From: Eledone cirrhosa
Taxonomy: Eukaryota
Direction: 5' to 3'
Assembly: GCA_964016885.1 (NCBI GenBank)
Contig: OZ024741.1
Location: 378,696,001 to 378,760,000, forward strand
DNA length: 64,000 nt
The position numbers and the translations under genes were made by a program. Each line of letters opens with the position of its first letter. The first letter of the stretch is position 1. This document shows positions 61,020 through 64,000 of this stretch, piece after piece. The notes under the pieces were generated by a model. That model was not told where the DNA came from. It searched no databases and saw only the letters and a list, made by a program, of their open reading frames with translations.

Positions 61020-62367
61020 TTCAGGCAGTTGCCCAATATAGGTCTGTTCTTCTTTTTCTTGATTTATTATTTTTAAATAAAGTCTGGCAAACCATATTGT
61101 TATATATTTTTTTCGCGCTTGTGTACTTGGTCCTTTACAATTCGAACACATGTATGTTTATATTTGTGTTTATCTCTCTTGTATATTCCTTGGCGCTATT
61201 TAATTGTAAGATACTATTTTCAGTCTCTAACTCAATATCTGATATAATCACCAACTGAAGGAATCACCAACTCTCTGCTCTTCAGCAGGTGTAAGAATTA
61301 GTATTCCTTCCACTTCTAAGTATATCAGGTGACTGAATAGGGTGCGAATATGAAATAACGCATATGCCTTCAGAGCCTAGTGCGTCTCATAAACATATGC
61401 TGCTAAAAATAGCAGCCGGTTTTACACGGATTTCATTGGCTGTCAAAATCTTGAACTAGACTAACTGCTACGCATAACAATGGATGACGAACTTGGAGGA
61501 AAGAACACTATTGAATATCCGTTTATCCGTCAACTTATAAATAACTAGGAACTACCTAAAGTAAAGTTTCACAAAACACCTAACTTGAGTAATGCAAGTT
61601 GGAGCTATACAGCAATACTAGCTCATTTGGCTTTTATTCTTCTACCAGAGAAAAGAGACTTGATACTCAACATTTATAGGTTCATCCTTTAAAGTTAGGC
61701 GGAACATTGGTTTACTCACGTACTCAGATATTATGTACAAGGTTAAAGGCAAACAATAAACCATTAATAACTGTGAAAAATGTTGGGATCCAGAAACATT
61801 CAGACTAAAGATTTCCTGAACATATCAGTGTGCTGAACGGGCAATCAAGTGCCTGCAATATCTTTATGACGCCTACACAAAGAAAGAGAAGGTTTAGTTT
61901 AGATATATTTTGTTTTTTAAATACAATACCTGCATTTTATACTATAATTATACAAAATATTCCGCATTATTTTTCTTTATACAATTATACATACATGTAA
62001 ATGTAAATTTCTAAAATCAATATTGCAATTTACAATTTTCACATATTTCCAAGTTTATATGTCATGCTAATGAACTATGAAATCTGATGAAAGTAAATTT
62101 GTACTATACAATTACGGTAGTAGCAAATTGAAAAAATTAAGCTTCCAAAATATGCCAATTGTTTATCCTCATGTTATAGATGGTTAAATCGAATTTTCTG
62201 TTCGTGTGACCTTTTTCAAGATCTGAAACAAATTAATGCCTGCATGATGAGGCATTAATGTTAAATAAGTGTTCATGAATTTACGAGACTGGAACATAGG
62301 GTTACAAAGAGTCATAACGCTAACATACATGCATATAAATAAATAGATACATAATAAATATAGATAA

Positions 62368-62659
<292 letters not shown>

Positions 62660-62870
62660 GTAGTCGCATGGCTGAGTGGTTAGAGAATTGTATTCGCAAT
62701 CCTGAAGATGTGAATTCGATTCTCGTACCAGGTGATGCGTTATGTCCTGAGCAAGACACTTTATTTCACGTTGCCGCTTCTATCTGGAGTTGCGACTGAT
62801 AGGTAGTATCTGCTATTGGAAAGACCAACGGAAACATTGTTTCCTTGGACCGATTTGACGAAAGTCGATC
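62660..62870 (+). mobile_element. tRNA-derived SINE, family 2
   Basis: Homologous to 28155-28368. Confidence 0.8.
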
Positions 62871-62954
62871 GACTGTCACTATTTAAATATAGATGTATGT
62901 ATATATATGTATGTATATACATACATATGCATATATATATATATATATATATAT

Positions 62955-63149
62955 AGTTTTAATATAGATGAGATTCTACAGGAGTAGAACTGTTTCATTC
63001 ATTAGAAATCATCAGGAATCTCCTGATGATTTCTAATGAATGAAACAGTTCTAGTCCTGTAGAATCTCATCTATATTAAAACTGTTATACTCTGCTATGT
63101 ATTGAGTACCTTACTTACTGTGGTTACCTCCGATTCAACCCGGAATAAC

Positions 63150-63150
<1 letters not shown>
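62955..63150. mobile_element. Fold-back PLE terminal remnant (arms 62955-63017 / 63021-63083, extension 63084-63150)
   Basis: Near-perfect 63-bp arms; (TA)n on both sides. Confidence 0.85.
62970..63022 (-). ncRNA. Complete type I hammerhead ribozyme motif
   Basis: Minus: gagattc CTGATGA t ttc taat gaa t GAAACAG ttctactc CTGTA gaatctc; 7-bp stem I, 3-bp stem II, stem III, GUA triplet. Confidence 0.85.
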
Positions 63151-63192
<42 letters not shown>

Positions 63193-64000
63193 TATGGCTG
63201 CCCCCACGTTATCGAGTATGGCACGAGAATAAAAAAAAATAATAATAATAATAACAATAATAATAAATAAATTTAAAAAAAAAAAAATGAATATATATAT
63301 ATATATATATATATAATTAATACAATAACAGAGATAGTTTAAAGCTAAACACTGATTGGTAACCATCTCACTCAACAAACATTAGGTTATATTAAAATAT
63401 AAACCCAATTTAAGTGTTTGGGGTGCTAACAATATGTATAATGTGGAAAAGCTAGTTGTATTATTTTACGAGATATAATTGAAGTTAAAGTATATCTCTC
63501 TTTCCAAACAATTGTTTCATCATAAGTTTTCTACAAGTTTGGGAGAATGTTTCCAGTTTATGTAGAAGCCTAATATATATTCATGTAAGAATATATTTAG
63601 GTGGGCACTTATAAATCATCAGTGGAAGCCCATTAGACATTGATATAAGAAAACAATTTCTTACCGCCGTCAAAAATCATGTCGAATGACCGCCACATTT
63701 GAAATTCCAGCAGTTTTTGATGAGGAAGTATCATAGCGACACGAAGCGGGAAGGGGAGACAACCCACGATCCACGAAATGAGGAAAAAAAAATAATATAC
63801 ACGCGGGTTAATTAGTTTTTTTGAAAACATTATCAATCCAACGTGTTTAAGAACTCAATTGAAAATAAAAAAATAAATATATGCTTGTATAAATTACACA
63901 CGCATATAGATATTTTCTTAGGCTAAATCAGAAGTTGTACCCGAATAAGAACCGCTTCTCATAACCGCAGTAAATGCAGAAAGTTATGCTATAAAGGGCA

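Noticed and set aside
62660-62735. tRNA gene (also 28295-28368 and the SINE family 1 heads)
   Set aside because: A/B boxes only, no intact cloverleaf, and continuous with a repeated SINE body

Overview
AT-rich, microsatellite-saturated eukaryotic DNA, probably intergenic or intronic. The SINE families and (AT)n/(AG)n density suggest an octopus/cephalopod genome, but this is inference. I could not support any host protein-coding gene, and almost all ORF-track entries are microsatellite artefacts. The window is dominated by Penelope-like retroelements (PLEs; RT + GIY-YIG). The centrepiece is a ~10.6 kb near-perfect palindrome (arms 33747-38665 and 39294-44215). It consists of two head-to-head, 5'-truncated copies of a young Naiad-type PLE, each with an intact RT-thumb/GIY-YIG frame, a 3.3 kb simple-repeat 3' region and a terminal type I hammerhead ribozyme (HHR) motif with an unusually long stem II. 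The 628-bp spacer holds a third RT fragment fused in frame to the right copy, giving a 2.2 kb stop-free frame with two YRDD motifs. This palindrome appears to be nested in the (TA)n tract of an older PLE (32744-47581). Around it lie further decayed PLEs and about ten small fold-back PLE termini in or beside (AT)n tracts, several with HHR motifs and nearly all with an extension on one arm only. The window also holds tRNA-derived SINEs of two families, CR1- and RTE-type LINE remnants, a mariner transposase remnant, a non-autonomous Helitron and a 3 x ~1.4 kb tandem repeat. All alignments and folds were done by eye.
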